DNA of 64,000 nt, taken from positions 248,001 to 312,000 of the IMG/VR virus record IMGVR_UViG_3300031787_007614. One strand, 5' to 3'. This document shows, in pieces, positions 26,850-35,600 of the stretch (within the stretch, counting starts at the first letter, position 1; each line of letters begins with the position of its first letter). The notes under the pieces are model-generated. The model was not told the origin of the DNA. It saw nothing but the letters and a program-made list of their open reading frames with translations, and did no database searches. A program made the translations under genes and the position numbers.

Positions 26850-27910
26850 ACTTTTGTAAATTTTTCACCGCATGTCATAGCACATTCAAACAATCGATCA
26901 CGAGTAAACGATTCAACTAAATCACTCCACATGGGATTTTCAAAAACACCTTCGAGGCTATTGTTATGAATGTTGAGATTATCTAATCCGTAACACAACA
27001 AAAAGTCTCGTACTTGATTGCGACCACCGGGCTGACTTAATGCATTTGCTCCTGGCATTGATCCATCATAAAATCTTGCATCATACAAATTGTGATTGAA
27101 AAAGTTGCATGGTAATACAACACCTTCGGCGTTGATAGCTACTTTGCGTCCTTGCAAGGCATCACATTTGATAGTAGTAGTAGCAAAGTAGTTCTGTTGC
27201 TTTTTTAACTCAGGTAAAAATGTCATACTGCGATTCTTGTACTGTGCATCACTAGGTGGTTCAAGTACATAGTCACTTTTGGCCACTGGCCACACAGGCA
27301 TCTCTTCCAGGGTGGTGTGATTCAAAAATCTACCAGTGTTTCGAATTAGTATGTTAAAAAATTTCATACTGCTGGCCAGTTGTTTGGCCTGCTCAACTTG
27401 GTGCTCGTTGTGTTTGAATACAATATAGTTCCATTGTGCTCGTCCTCCAGCATTTATAAACGCAGCGGCGTTTTCAATAACTTTGTTGTATTTTACATTT
27501 TTTCTATACAAATGTAAAGTATCTTCTAGTCCGTCAATACCAAAGTCAATTTGTCCGTAGCCGTTCATGATACTAGAAACTTCTGCCCAGTAATCAGGAT
27601 CGTGTACTCCGCCATTGGTATGGAAGTATAACCAAAGTGTAGGAGCTTTCTTTCTAAAGTCACGTAGTATGTCTAAAAAGTCTGGATGCATGATGGGATC
27701 GCCATAACTGCCGCAAAAGAATACTTGACGTAATCTACTGCACAATTCTTCAGAGAATGCACGGTCAATTACTTCACGTGATAAGTGTGTTAACGGCATG
27801 TAAGGATTGATACCATGTCCGTTGAGGTTGCGAGGACACTGGGGACAGGCAGCATTACAATAGCTGGTGATCTCTATCTGATACTCGTCAATAGTTTTAT
27901 AATCAAACAT
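26822..27910 (-). CDS. Radical SAM enzyme with C-terminal SPASM/twitch-like Cys domain
   Basis: CNAACPQC, GDP, HTNG, IDGL, G.VLPC and CAMTC. Confidence 0.9.
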   Translation of the reverse strand: MFDYKTIDEYQIEITSYCNAACPQCPRNLNGHGINPYMPLTHLSREVIDRAFSEELCSRLRQVFFCGSYGDPIMHPDFLDILRDFRKKAPTLWLYFHTNGGVHDPDYWAEVSSIMNGYGQIDFGIDGLEDTLHLYRKNVKYNKVIENAAAFINAGGRAQWNYIVFKHNEHQVEQAKQLASSMKFFNILIRNTGRFLNHTTLEEMPVWPVAKSDYVLEPPSDAQYKNRSMTFLPELKKQQNYFATTTIKCDALQGRKVAINAEGVVLPCNFFNHNLYDARFYDGSMPGANALSQPGGRNQVRDFLLCYGLDNLNIHNNSLEGVFENPMWSDLVESFTRDRLFECAMTCGEKFTKVWDQGGSKR

Positions 27911-28397
27911 TTATTTTAAAAAAGTCCAAAGTGTCTTTGAGTATGTCATTGCCACTGCGATCCAGTGTTTGTTCTGGACTCACGCCTGCAGGATTGATTG
28001 TTTTAATAATCCAATTCAATACTGGCGCATCAAAATTCAAAATCCATGTACCGTTGTTGCCCAACCAATGACATGGCGTAATGCACTCCAAACTGTAATC
28101 TGGGTACCAACGTCCTTGATGCGTTAGCATGCAATGTTCATGATGATCTAAATCTACTCCGTCGACCACAATAGATTTTAATTCAATATGACGATCATGT
28201 TCGGCATTCTGATGTTTCCAGGCATGCTTACCAAAGTGTTCTATAGTCAATGTGTGAGTACCTGGCACTAACTCTGTGTTCACAACAATTTGTTTTTTCA
28301 CTGTGTCTTGATACAAGCATTGTTGATCAATAAAAATTTTGACTGTAGGGATACCAAAATAATCATCGTAATCAAACTCAAACAAAAATTCAGACAT
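27903..28397 (-). CDS. Hypothetical beta-rich protein in the radical-SAM cassette
   Basis: 164-aa ORF overlapping both neighbours. Confidence 0.65.
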   Translation of the reverse strand: MSEFLFEFDYDDYFGIPTVKIFIDQQCLYQDTVKKQIVVNTELVPGTHTLTIEHFGKHAWKHQNAEHDRHIELKSIVVDGVDLDHHEHCMLTHQGRWYPDYSLECITPCHWLGNNGTWILNFDAPVLNWIIKTINPAGVSPEQTLDRSGNDILKDTLDFFKINV

Positions 28398-29871
28398 TGG
28401 CCAACTCCGTAAGATATCGATCTTTGATAATACTCAAGTGATCATCACCTTTCCAGATAGTATATCCCAGATCTTCGGCCAACTTGTGCAGTTCAATGCG
28501 TCGACGCACACGTTCTGCATAGTCAAGTTCAGGTGTTGTGGTACAAATCCAATTGATGCCTTTGGCGGTGTCGCCCTTGATTGGAACAATGTTAAATTTT
28601 GCAGGATTATCAAACATAGGTGTTCCTTGTTCTACTGTCAATCCTGTGCCTAAGTTGCATCCAATAATAGTTCCTAGTGCAACATATTTCTGCCAGCGTC
28701 GTAGCAAGTTCTTGGTCTCTTCAAAGTCGGTTTGTGTTTCATTTGGAAACCCTACCAGCAACAACAAGAAGAATTTCATTTTGTACTTGCTGAACTGCTG
28801 TATGTTAAACTCAAGATCTGCGTTTGAAAATCCCTTGTTCATGATGTTTCGCAAACGTTCGCTACCAGTCTCAACTCCAGTTTCAAACATTTCTCCTCCG
28901 GCACGACTTAGCAGTTCAAAATTGTGCTCTTTGAATTGAGTTTCACTTCGCACAATCCAATAACCACTGAATGTAAAGAATCTGTCAGGTAAATTGTTTT
29001 GTTGATAAAACTCAATGATGCAGTTCAAAAATAGTTTAAAATCTTTGACGCTGCCGTTCATCAACGCATCGTTAAAATAAAAGTTACGCACACCATACTG
29101 TTGGTAATAGCCAATCATTTCATTAGCTAGTACCTTTCCGTTTTTGTATCTATATCCTCCAGCATGTGTGGGGATGTCACAAAACGCACAGCTTCTAACA
29201 CATCCACGACTGCTTTCAATTGGCAATACCCCGCCGGGGTAGGCAGTTACATATTGTTCTATTGCAAAGTCACTATAATCTGCGATGTTGTTAGTATCAA
29301 GATCAACATCATTGACCAACACATCACTGTCTAATCCAGGTACATTGCTACCAGTTAAAAAATTGTAAAAACTGTTTTCAGCTTCTCCAGCAATCCAATG
29401 ATCAATTAGTCCTTGATTTTTTAACTTGTGTGCAAAATGCATCTTGGTACTAAAGCTACCGTTTTGTTCATTGATAAGACCTTGTCCGCCTACAATGATT
29501 GTGCCTGTAAAATTTTTACGCAACAATGGAAAAAAGTCAAGACAAAATCGTTGACTTTCCCAACTGAATACACTTACTGCAATGATCTTGCAATCAAAAG
29601 CCATTAATTTTTCAACCCATGCTTGCAACCAACTAGAGTAAGTTGTTTTCTCCTCAGGCAACAGATTTTTGTTCCATTGTATCCAATATTGATCAATGGC
29701 ATTGGCAGTTGACGGATTAGAAGATTTAAAATTTTGATAAAAGTCCAAATTAATATCAAAAACTTTTGAAGTAACGCCCGCACGATTGCAAATTGATTTG
29801 AGTATGCCACAGGCACTTTGAGGCCGAGTGGCACTCAAACGTGGTATACTTAAAATCAAAACATCAGTCAT
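28390..29871 (-). CDS. B12-binding-domain-like radical SAM protein
   Basis: N-terminal IAVSVFSW…IIVGG, then SSRGCVRSCAFCD, GVETGSER and VGFPNET..DF. Confidence 0.85.
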   Translation of the reverse strand: MTDVLILSIPRLSATRPQSACGILKSICNRAGVTSKVFDINLDFYQNFKSSNPSTANAIDQYWIQWNKNLLPEEKTTYSSWLQAWVEKLMAFDCKIIAVSVFSWESQRFCLDFFPLLRKNFTGTIIVGGQGLINEQNGSFSTKMHFAHKLKNQGLIDHWIAGEAENSFYNFLTGSNVPGLDSDVLVNDVDLDTNNIADYSDFAIEQYVTAYPGGVLPIESSRGCVRSCAFCDIPTHAGGYRYKNGKVLANEMIGYYQQYGVRNFYFNDALMNGSVKDFKLFLNCIIEFYQQNNLPDRFFTFSGYWIVRSETQFKEHNFELLSRAGGEMFETGVETGSERLRNIMNKGFSNADLEFNIQQFSKYKMKFFLLLLVGFPNETQTDFEETKNLLRRWQKYVALGTIIGCNLGTGLTVEQGTPMFDNPAKFNIVPIKGDTAKGINWICTTTPELDYAERVRRRIELHKLAEDLGYTIWKGDDHLSIIKDRYLTELANV

Positions 29872-31949
29872 GCCACTTCTATATCTGTGTTGTAGCTGGT
29901 AAAGCCATTCTCTTTGATCACTTTGAGAATGTTTTCAACTCTGCTAGTAAGTTCATCTCTATGACTAACCAGCCAGATTGACTTGTGGCGTTCGCGACTC
30001 ATCTTCTTCAACAGGCCTAGTGCATTTTCCACACCTTGTGTGTCCAACCCGTTGTCAATCATCTCGTCAATAAACAACAAGTTGATGGGCGAGTACAAAC
30101 TTTCCCAAACATCACGGAATGCCCAGCTCATGCTTAAGATCAATCGATTGCGTTCGCCACGACTCAAGTTGTCAAAATCCAGTTCACGACCCAGTTCTTC
30201 AATGCTCACTGTCAAGTCGTTCATGAACTTCACTGTGTGTGGTAAGCCAATTCTATCCAAGTAGTGTGTGAGACGTTGATTCAAATAGCTCAAGTTCTGT
30301 TCAATAATCTTCTTACGCACAAACGAGTCTTTTGAGGTCAAAAGTTTGAGCAAGAAGTCCTGATGGTCTTGCACTCTAGTAAGTTCGTTTAAGTGATCGT
30401 AACTCACAACCTGTAGGGCCTGTTGTTGCATTTCGGTAATTTGTTCTGTATACGGATCGGTCTCTAGTGCTTTGCCATTGATCTGTGTCAGCAGGGTGTT
30501 CATGCGACTGCGATGATCGATTGCCTGTGTTTCGGTATCATAATGTGTGACAGGTTGTGTGCCAACTTCTACAGGTGTGTGTTCTGCTAACTGTTCAGCA
30601 TAGGGATCTGTTTCTGCACGTTTGGCATCAATCTTGTGTTGAATGTTTTCCAACTCACTAGAATGTCGAATAGCTTCTGTTTCTGTTTGGTAGTGTGTTG
30701 TGGGTTTGGCACCCAACTCGCCCAATGCGGTTAACGCATCTGTATTTTCCATCCACTGAGTATTGATAGACAATGCTTGTAGTGCTGCCTCTTGCAAGGC
30801 CTTTTCTTTTGTTGCCAATACTGTTTCGTGATTGGTATCATGGAAGTCTTGCCCGCAAGCATAGCACTTGTGATTTTTTAATTCTTCAATTTCGGCTTTG
30901 AGTTTGTTGATGACCTTTTGTTCTTTGGCCTCGTCTGCTACACATCGAGCAATGTATTTTTCTAAGTCTGTAATGTCTTTGGCTTTTTGAATGTAAGCAG
31001 CCAAATCTGTGTGTGCTTGAAGTTCTGCCAAGATGTCGATATGACTGAGTTTGTTGTAGGTTGATTCTAGCTCACCAATGTCTTTGTGTTGTTTTTGTTT
31101 CCAAGCAGTTTGTCGACCAACAAGAGCAGTATATGCATCTTGTTGTTGTTTTCTTGCAGACCACACAGCTAGATCTTTGTGAGCCAGCAGTTCTAGTTCA
31201 ATATCAATCTTTGCTAGATCGTCATACTGACCAACTAGATAAGCCACGTCACTGTCGTACTTCTTTTGCCAAAGCACTTGCCTACGCTTTAGACTCTCAA
31301 TCTGTTCTTCGATGCGTTTGTTGGCTTCTTGCACAGCACGAATTCTAAACTCTTCAGACTGGATAGCATCTTTGGTTTGTCGGTTGAGTTCTTTGATGCG
31401 GTCCGCACGTTCACTCAACAAGGTAATACCTAACAACTGCTCAATGATTGTGCGCTGGTCATTGGCCTTCAAACTTAGAAACGGTTCTGTGTAGGTGTTC
31501 AGCGCCAGCACATGTTTGAACATGTCATGGCTCATGCCAATAATACGCTCTATGGCGTCTTGTGTCTCTCTTGAATCTCCCTGTGCCTCATCCTCTGCGG
31601 CCTTGTGTTCGTTGTTTACATAGAACTTGAGTACGTTGGGTTTGCGCCCACGTTCAATTTTGTAGTCTGTGCCGTTGATATGAAAGTCTAAGCTGACCAA
31701 CATGTGTTTGGCATTGGTTTTGTTTACTAGATTGTCTTTGCGGATGTTTGACAGTGCTTGGCCATATAATGCATAACTTAGTGCATTGATGATTGTGGTC
31801 TTACCTGTGCCGTTTCTCGATCCATCGCCACCCAAGTCTAAGTTTTCACCCAGCACCAGTGTAAGATCATTGCGGTCAAAGTCAATGGCCTGTGTGGCTG
31901 CGCCTACACTCATGAAGTTTTTAACAGTGAGATTTCGTATTTGTATCAT
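29868..31949 (-). CDS. gp46: Recombination ATPase, gp46/Rad50/SbcC
   Basis: Walker A RNGTGKT, Zn hook CYAC, signature LSRGE, Walker B LFIDE and SH switch. Confidence 0.95.
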   Translation of the reverse strand: MIQIRNLTVKNFMSVGAATQAIDFDRNDLTLVLGENLDLGGDGSRNGTGKTTIINALSYALYGQALSNIRKDNLVNKTNAKHMLVSLDFHINGTDYKIERGRKPNVLKFYVNNEHKAAEDEAQGDSRETQDAIERIIGMSHDMFKHVLALNTYTEPFLSLKANDQRTIIEQLLGITLLSERADRIKELNRQTKDAIQSEEFRIRAVQEANKRIEEQIESLKRRQVLWQKKYDSDVAYLVGQYDDLAKIDIELELLAHKDLAVWSARKQQQDAYTALVGRQTAWKQKQHKDIGELESTYNKLSHIDILAELQAHTDLAAYIQKAKDITDLEKYIARCVADEAKEQKVINKLKAEIEELKNHKCYACGQDFHDTNHETVLATKEKALQEAALQALSINTQWMENTDALTALGELGAKPTTHYQTETEAIRHSSELENIQHKIDAKRAETDPYAEQLAEHTPVEVGTQPVTHYDTETQAIDHRSRMNTLLTQINGKALETDPYTEQITEMQQQALQVVSYDHLNELTRVQDHQDFLLKLLTSKDSFVRKKIIEQNLSYLNQRLTHYLDRIGLPHTVKFMNDLTVSIEELGRELDFDNLSRGERNRLILSMSWAFRDVWESLYSPINLLFIDEMIDNGLDTQGVENALGLLKKMSRERHKSIWLVSHRDELTSRVENILKVIKENGFTSYNTDIEVA

Positions 31950-32962
31950 AAGTTTTGATAAATCTTTAACAGTAACTTGTTGTCGTAGAATTCTGATTCA
32001 ATGTTAGTGAGTTGGTCTGTGACAATTTGATCCACTGACTCAAATTTAATCTCGCCTGGCGCCATATCTGTGTCTACATCTGAGTTTTTGTTTGGAATAA
32101 GCGACATCTCACGTAGGTCGTAGTCTTTCACAAACGTTTCTTTGATGAAGTTGGCTTCTTCATATGAAATCTCAATGTCTAGTCCAACACGCACATGCAT
32201 TTTGGGCTTAAGAAGAGCCGGAGCGTTGTCAATAAGGTTGGCGAGTCCGTATACTCTATACGTCGGTTGAGCAGGCCAAGCATGAAAAACAGGCGCTGCT
32301 CCCCACTCCAATATAGTAAGTCCTCGTTCGTCGTCACCAGCATCTGCATAATTATGAGGGAACGCATTACCGATGTAGGTAATATTCTTTTTAGTCTGTC
32401 GCTTGTGGAAGTGTCCGGTGAATACATGTTCAAAATTCTCAAAGTCTTCTCTGCGCACTTCGCCATGGTCTGGCATCTCTACCATGGCATTCATCAAGTA
32501 GCCGGGCAGTTCAAAGTGTCCAAACATGTACTTGCCAGTTAGTTTAGGAATACGTTTATGGTCATCGCCGCAAAGCCAAGGAGCAATAACGACGTCACCG
32601 CTACTAAACCAATCGTTACATATTTCCACATTGGGGAGATGACGTGCCCACTCCACGCTCTGAATATCACGCTTGTCGCGATAATAAAGATCGTGATTCC
32701 CAGGTATAAAATACACACGGTCAAAATTAGCATTTAGGTGCTCTAATGATCGAAGGCTATAGTTTAGGGTAACAATATTTAGGCTGGCTCGATTGTTGTG
32801 CCAGTCACCCAGAAACATGGCAGTTTCGCACCCTTCCTCTTTGGCCTTAGCAGTGGCCCATTTTACAAAGGCCAAACAATCTTCATTGTGCAGAGTTGAA
32901 TTGCTTTTGAGTCCAAAATGTATGTCAGTGAAGATTGCGGCTTTGCGGAATAGATTAGTCAT
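31946..32962 (-). CDS. gp47: Recombination nuclease, gp47/Mre11/SbcD
   Basis: Metallophosphoesterase motifs DIHFG, GD, GNHD, GH and GHFH. Confidence 0.95.
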   Translation of the reverse strand: MTNLFRKAAIFTDIHFGLKSNSTLHNEDCLAFVKWATAKAKEEGCETAMFLGDWHNNRASLNIVTLNYSLRSLEHLNANFDRVYFIPGNHDLYYRDKRDIQSVEWARHLPNVEICNDWFSSGDVVIAPWLCGDDHKRIPKLTGKYMFGHFELPGYLMNAMVEMPDHGEVRREDFENFEHVFTGHFHKRQTKKNITYIGNAFPHNYADAGDDERGLTILEWGAAPVFHAWPAQPTYRVYGLANLIDNAPALLKPKMHVRVGLDIEISYEEANFIKETFVKDYDLREMSLIPNKNSDVDTDMAPGEIKFESVDQIVTDQLTNIESEFYDNKLLLKIYQNL

Positions 32963-32968
32963 CCTGCT

Positions 32969-32997
32969 AGTATACTACTGATCCAGACTAGATACAA
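32969..32997 (-). promoter_or_regulatory. sigma70-like promoter for gp47, near-leaderless
   Basis: TTGTAT-17 nt-TATACT, 6 nt before the ATG. Confidence 0.5.
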
Positions 32998-33871
32998 CCG
33001 GTCCGGACATGGCAGCCATGCCAGCTTTGCCGGAGTTCTGTCTAGTCCACGATGGGTTCAAGCCGTTCATCTCCAGGATGTCATCTCTGATATTTTGATT
33101 TTTCTTTTCAATGTTAAGAATCCGTGTAAAGCTATTAGTGATAGCAGCGGTATAGTAAGCAAAGGGGTTTTGCGATTTAGATTCGTCAAATTGTAAACCA
33201 ATTTGACTAAGTTGAAGTAGAGCTTGTCCACGCATTTCCTCGTTGTAGGTGTAGCCACGCCAGTTGGAACGAGTGGCATAGCGTTCACACAGTTTCATAA
33301 ACATCATGGCCAGCTTCTTGGTCATGTTGCCGTGATCCTTTGAAAACTCTCCTGTGGCCAAATCGCCACGCCAATGACTCTTGCCCACCAAAAACGGTAC
33401 CTTTTGCTCGTCAAGTCTGTAGTGAAAAAACGGGGGAAAATTCACACGCACATGTGTGGGGTCTAGCACAGGTTCATCTATTAAATCTGCCAGCGGATCT
33501 TCTGACACATCATCCAAATCAAGTATGTCTTCCAGTTTCTTTTTCTTGGCAGCGGCTTTGGTAACTTTTTTGGGTGCCATGGGTATGTGTTCCCAGCAGG
33601 TGATTCTAAACACAAGATCTGTGTTGGGGATCTTCTTTTGATCAATCACTTCACCAGTTTCACGTTTGATACGATCTGCTCGATTTCTGCGAGCTTCAAC
33701 AATGGTGCGCTGATTGATTTTGTCTAGACTGGGCAAAATTATGTCGTATTGGTGATCAATTGCTGGATCACGATAACAACAGTAGGTGTTTTTGCTCAGG
33801 TGTATTTCTTTTAAAATGTCACGATTGTTAAGGTAGTTTACCTTAGGTGCGGGTTTTGCAATTAGTGTCAT
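32975..33871 (-). CDS. gp55: Late-transcription sigma factor (gp55-like)
   Basis: NYLNNRDILKEI, NWRGYTYNEEM, FDESKSQNPFAYYT and RILNIEKK; located upstream of gp47/gp46 as in T4-like phages. Confidence 0.85.
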   Translation of the reverse strand: MTLIAKPAPKVNYLNNRDILKEIHLSKNTYCCYRDPAIDHQYDIILPSLDKINQRTIVEARRNRADRIKRETGEVIDQKKIPNTDLVFRITCWEHIPMAPKKVTKAAAKKKKLEDILDLDDVSEDPLADLIDEPVLDPTHVRVNFPPFFHYRLDEQKVPFLVGKSHWRGDLATGEFSKDHGNMTKKLAMMFMKLCERYATRSNWRGYTYNEEMRGQALLQLSQIGLQFDESKSQNPFAYYTAAITNSFTRILNIEKKNQNIRDDILEMNGLNPSWTRQNSGKAGMAAMSGPVVSSLDQ

Positions 33872-33895
33872 GCAAGGGTCTCCAAGTATGTACTT

Positions 33896-33923
33896 ATTGT
33901 AGCAGATTTACAACACTTGTCAA
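33896..33923 (-). promoter_or_regulatory. sigma70 promoter of the gp55-gp47-gp46 operon
   Basis: TTGACA-16 nt-TACAAT with an extended TG, immediately overlapped by the late-type AATAAGTA. Confidence 0.65.
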
Positions 33924-33978
33924 CCTCTTGTTAAACTATGCCGTTTTTATCAGCAATAAATAAGGTATAGGAACAACA

Positions 33979-35295
33979 ATGGCTACTACAAATTCACCAG
34001 CTGAACAAAATCCTGCAACAGACCCAGAGCTGCCGCAACCGGCTGCCCCAGAAACCATTGAGTCTCGTAATCCAGCACCAGTCGGAGATGAAGGATTAGA
34101 TGCAACCAACGAAGCTGAATTGGCACAGCTACGTGAAGCAGAAGGCGTTGCAGTTTTTGCACCATCACCGGTGTTCGCATCAGGCGATGAAGCAATAGAT
34201 GCAGCCAATGAAGCTGAATTGGCACAGTTACGTGAAGCAGAAGGTCGTGCAATATTTGCACCAGCACCGGCGTCAGCATCAGGCGATGAAGCATTAGATG
34301 CAACCAACGAAGCTGAATTGGCACAGCTACGTGAAGCAGAAGGTCGTGCAATATTTGGACCAGCACCAGTAGCAACTGGCGACGCAGCATTATTGGCAGC
34401 AACCGAAGCTGCAGAATCTGCGCAGGCTGCCAATGTTGATCCCAATGATTTTGAAGCGGCAGCTGGCGCAGCCGCACAATCACAACTGCGTGATCAATTC
34501 ACACTGCAACAGCGATTTAACACATCCTCGCAAGGCGATTGGCGTGTGAGACTGAGATTGGCTCCAGGTGCAAAATATCTCTACAAAGCAGAAGATCCTG
34601 GCATTTTACGCCCATTGGTTCCCACAGATGGAATAATTTTTCCCTACACGCCAACAATATCAACTCAGTACTCAGCCAAGTACGACAGTTACAATCTCAC
34701 ACACTCAAACTATCGTGGATACTTTTATCAAAGCAGTCAAGTTGGTGATATAACTGTTACTGGAACATTCACAGCACAAGACACTGCTGAAGCTGAATAT
34801 TTGCTGGCGGTAATACACTTTTTCCGTTCAGTTACAAAAATGTTTTATGGCAAAGATCCGCAACGTGGCTCACCGCCACCATTGGTTGAGCTGTCTGGAT
34901 TTGGCGAATATCAATTCAACAACCATCCTTGTTTGGTTGCCAGTTTCAATTATACCTTGCCCAATAACGTTGATTACATACAGGTCAAGCCTAACAATCA
35001 AGGCTTAAACATGTCTGAGAGAACACCTAAAGTTTCAAGTTCTCCAGCTTCTACTATTGAAAGTGTGTTACGAAGACTAACAACTTCTCATTTACCAAAA
35101 GGTGCGCAAGGAACGCCAGCAGACTTGGGTGTGGTACGCAACACAGTAAATGGACTGGGCCAAACAACTTATGTTCCTACCAAGATAGAAATATCAGTTG
35201 TGTTGCATCCACTACAAACTCGACAGCAAGTCAGCCAAGGATTCAGTCTAGAAAACTTTGCCAAAGGTAACTTACTCAAAGGAGGATTCTGGTAA
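33979..35295 (+). CDS. Baseplate tube-initiator-like protein (gp48/gp54 or CIS tube type) with repetitive N-terminal extension
   Basis: FPYTPTI, THSNY, TVTGTFTAQ, HFFRSVTKMFYG…PPP and VASFNYTLP..VDYI; first gene of the baseplate cluster. Confidence 0.65.
   Translation: MATTNSPAEQNPATDPELPQPAAPETIESRNPAPVGDEGLDATNEAELAQLREAEGVAVFAPSPVFASGDEAIDAANEAELAQLREAEGRAIFAPAPASASGDEALDATNEAELAQLREAEGRAIFGPAPVATGDAALLAATEAAESAQAANVDPNDFEAAAGAAAQSQLRDQFTLQQRFNTSSQGDWRVRLRLAPGAKYLYKAEDPGILRPLVPTDGIIFPYTPTISTQYSAKYDSYNLTHSNYRGYFYQSSQVGDITVTGTFTAQDTAEAEYLLAVIHFFRSVTKMFYGKDPQRGSPPPLVELSGFGEYQFNNHPCLVASFNYTLPNNVDYIQVKPNNQGLNMSERTPKVSSSPASTIESVLRRLTTSHLPKGAQGTPADLGVVRNTVNGLGQTTYVPTKIEISVVLHPLQTRQQVSQGFSLENFAKGNLLKGGFW
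34084..34377 (+). repeat. 3 x 99-bp tandem repeat (33 aa, GDE..DA.NEAELAQLREAEG.A.F.P.P)
   Basis: Units start at 34084, 34183 and 34282 and are nearly identical in DNA; the third is 96 bp. Confidence 0.9.
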
Positions 35296-35597
35296 TGGCC
35301 ACAAACTACGATGCAACCAGTCCTTACTATCAAACTGGGTACTCGCAATTTTTCTTGGATGTCATGGTCAACAGACCTATTCCCAAAGAAACTGATGATA
35401 TTTTGTTCACTATAAATTTAACCTATCAGTACAGACCCGACATGTTGGCCTATGACTTGTATGGCGTGCCAGGTCTTTGGTGGGTGTTTTATCAACGCAA
35501 TCCAAACACGCTGACAAAACCTCCACTGGATTTTGCTGTAGGAACACAAATTTATCTTCCCAAAGAGTCAACACTAAAATCTACATTGGGGTACTAA
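35295..35597 (+). CDS. Baseplate wedge gp53/LysM-like protein
   Basis: YRPDMLAYDLYG…LWWVF…N…G..IYLP. Confidence 0.8.
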   Translation: MATNYDATSPYYQTGYSQFFLDVMVNRPIPKETDDILFTINLTYQYRPDMLAYDLYGVPGLWWVFYQRNPNTLTKPPLDFAVGTQIYLPKESTLKSTLGY

Positions 35598-35600
35598 CAC

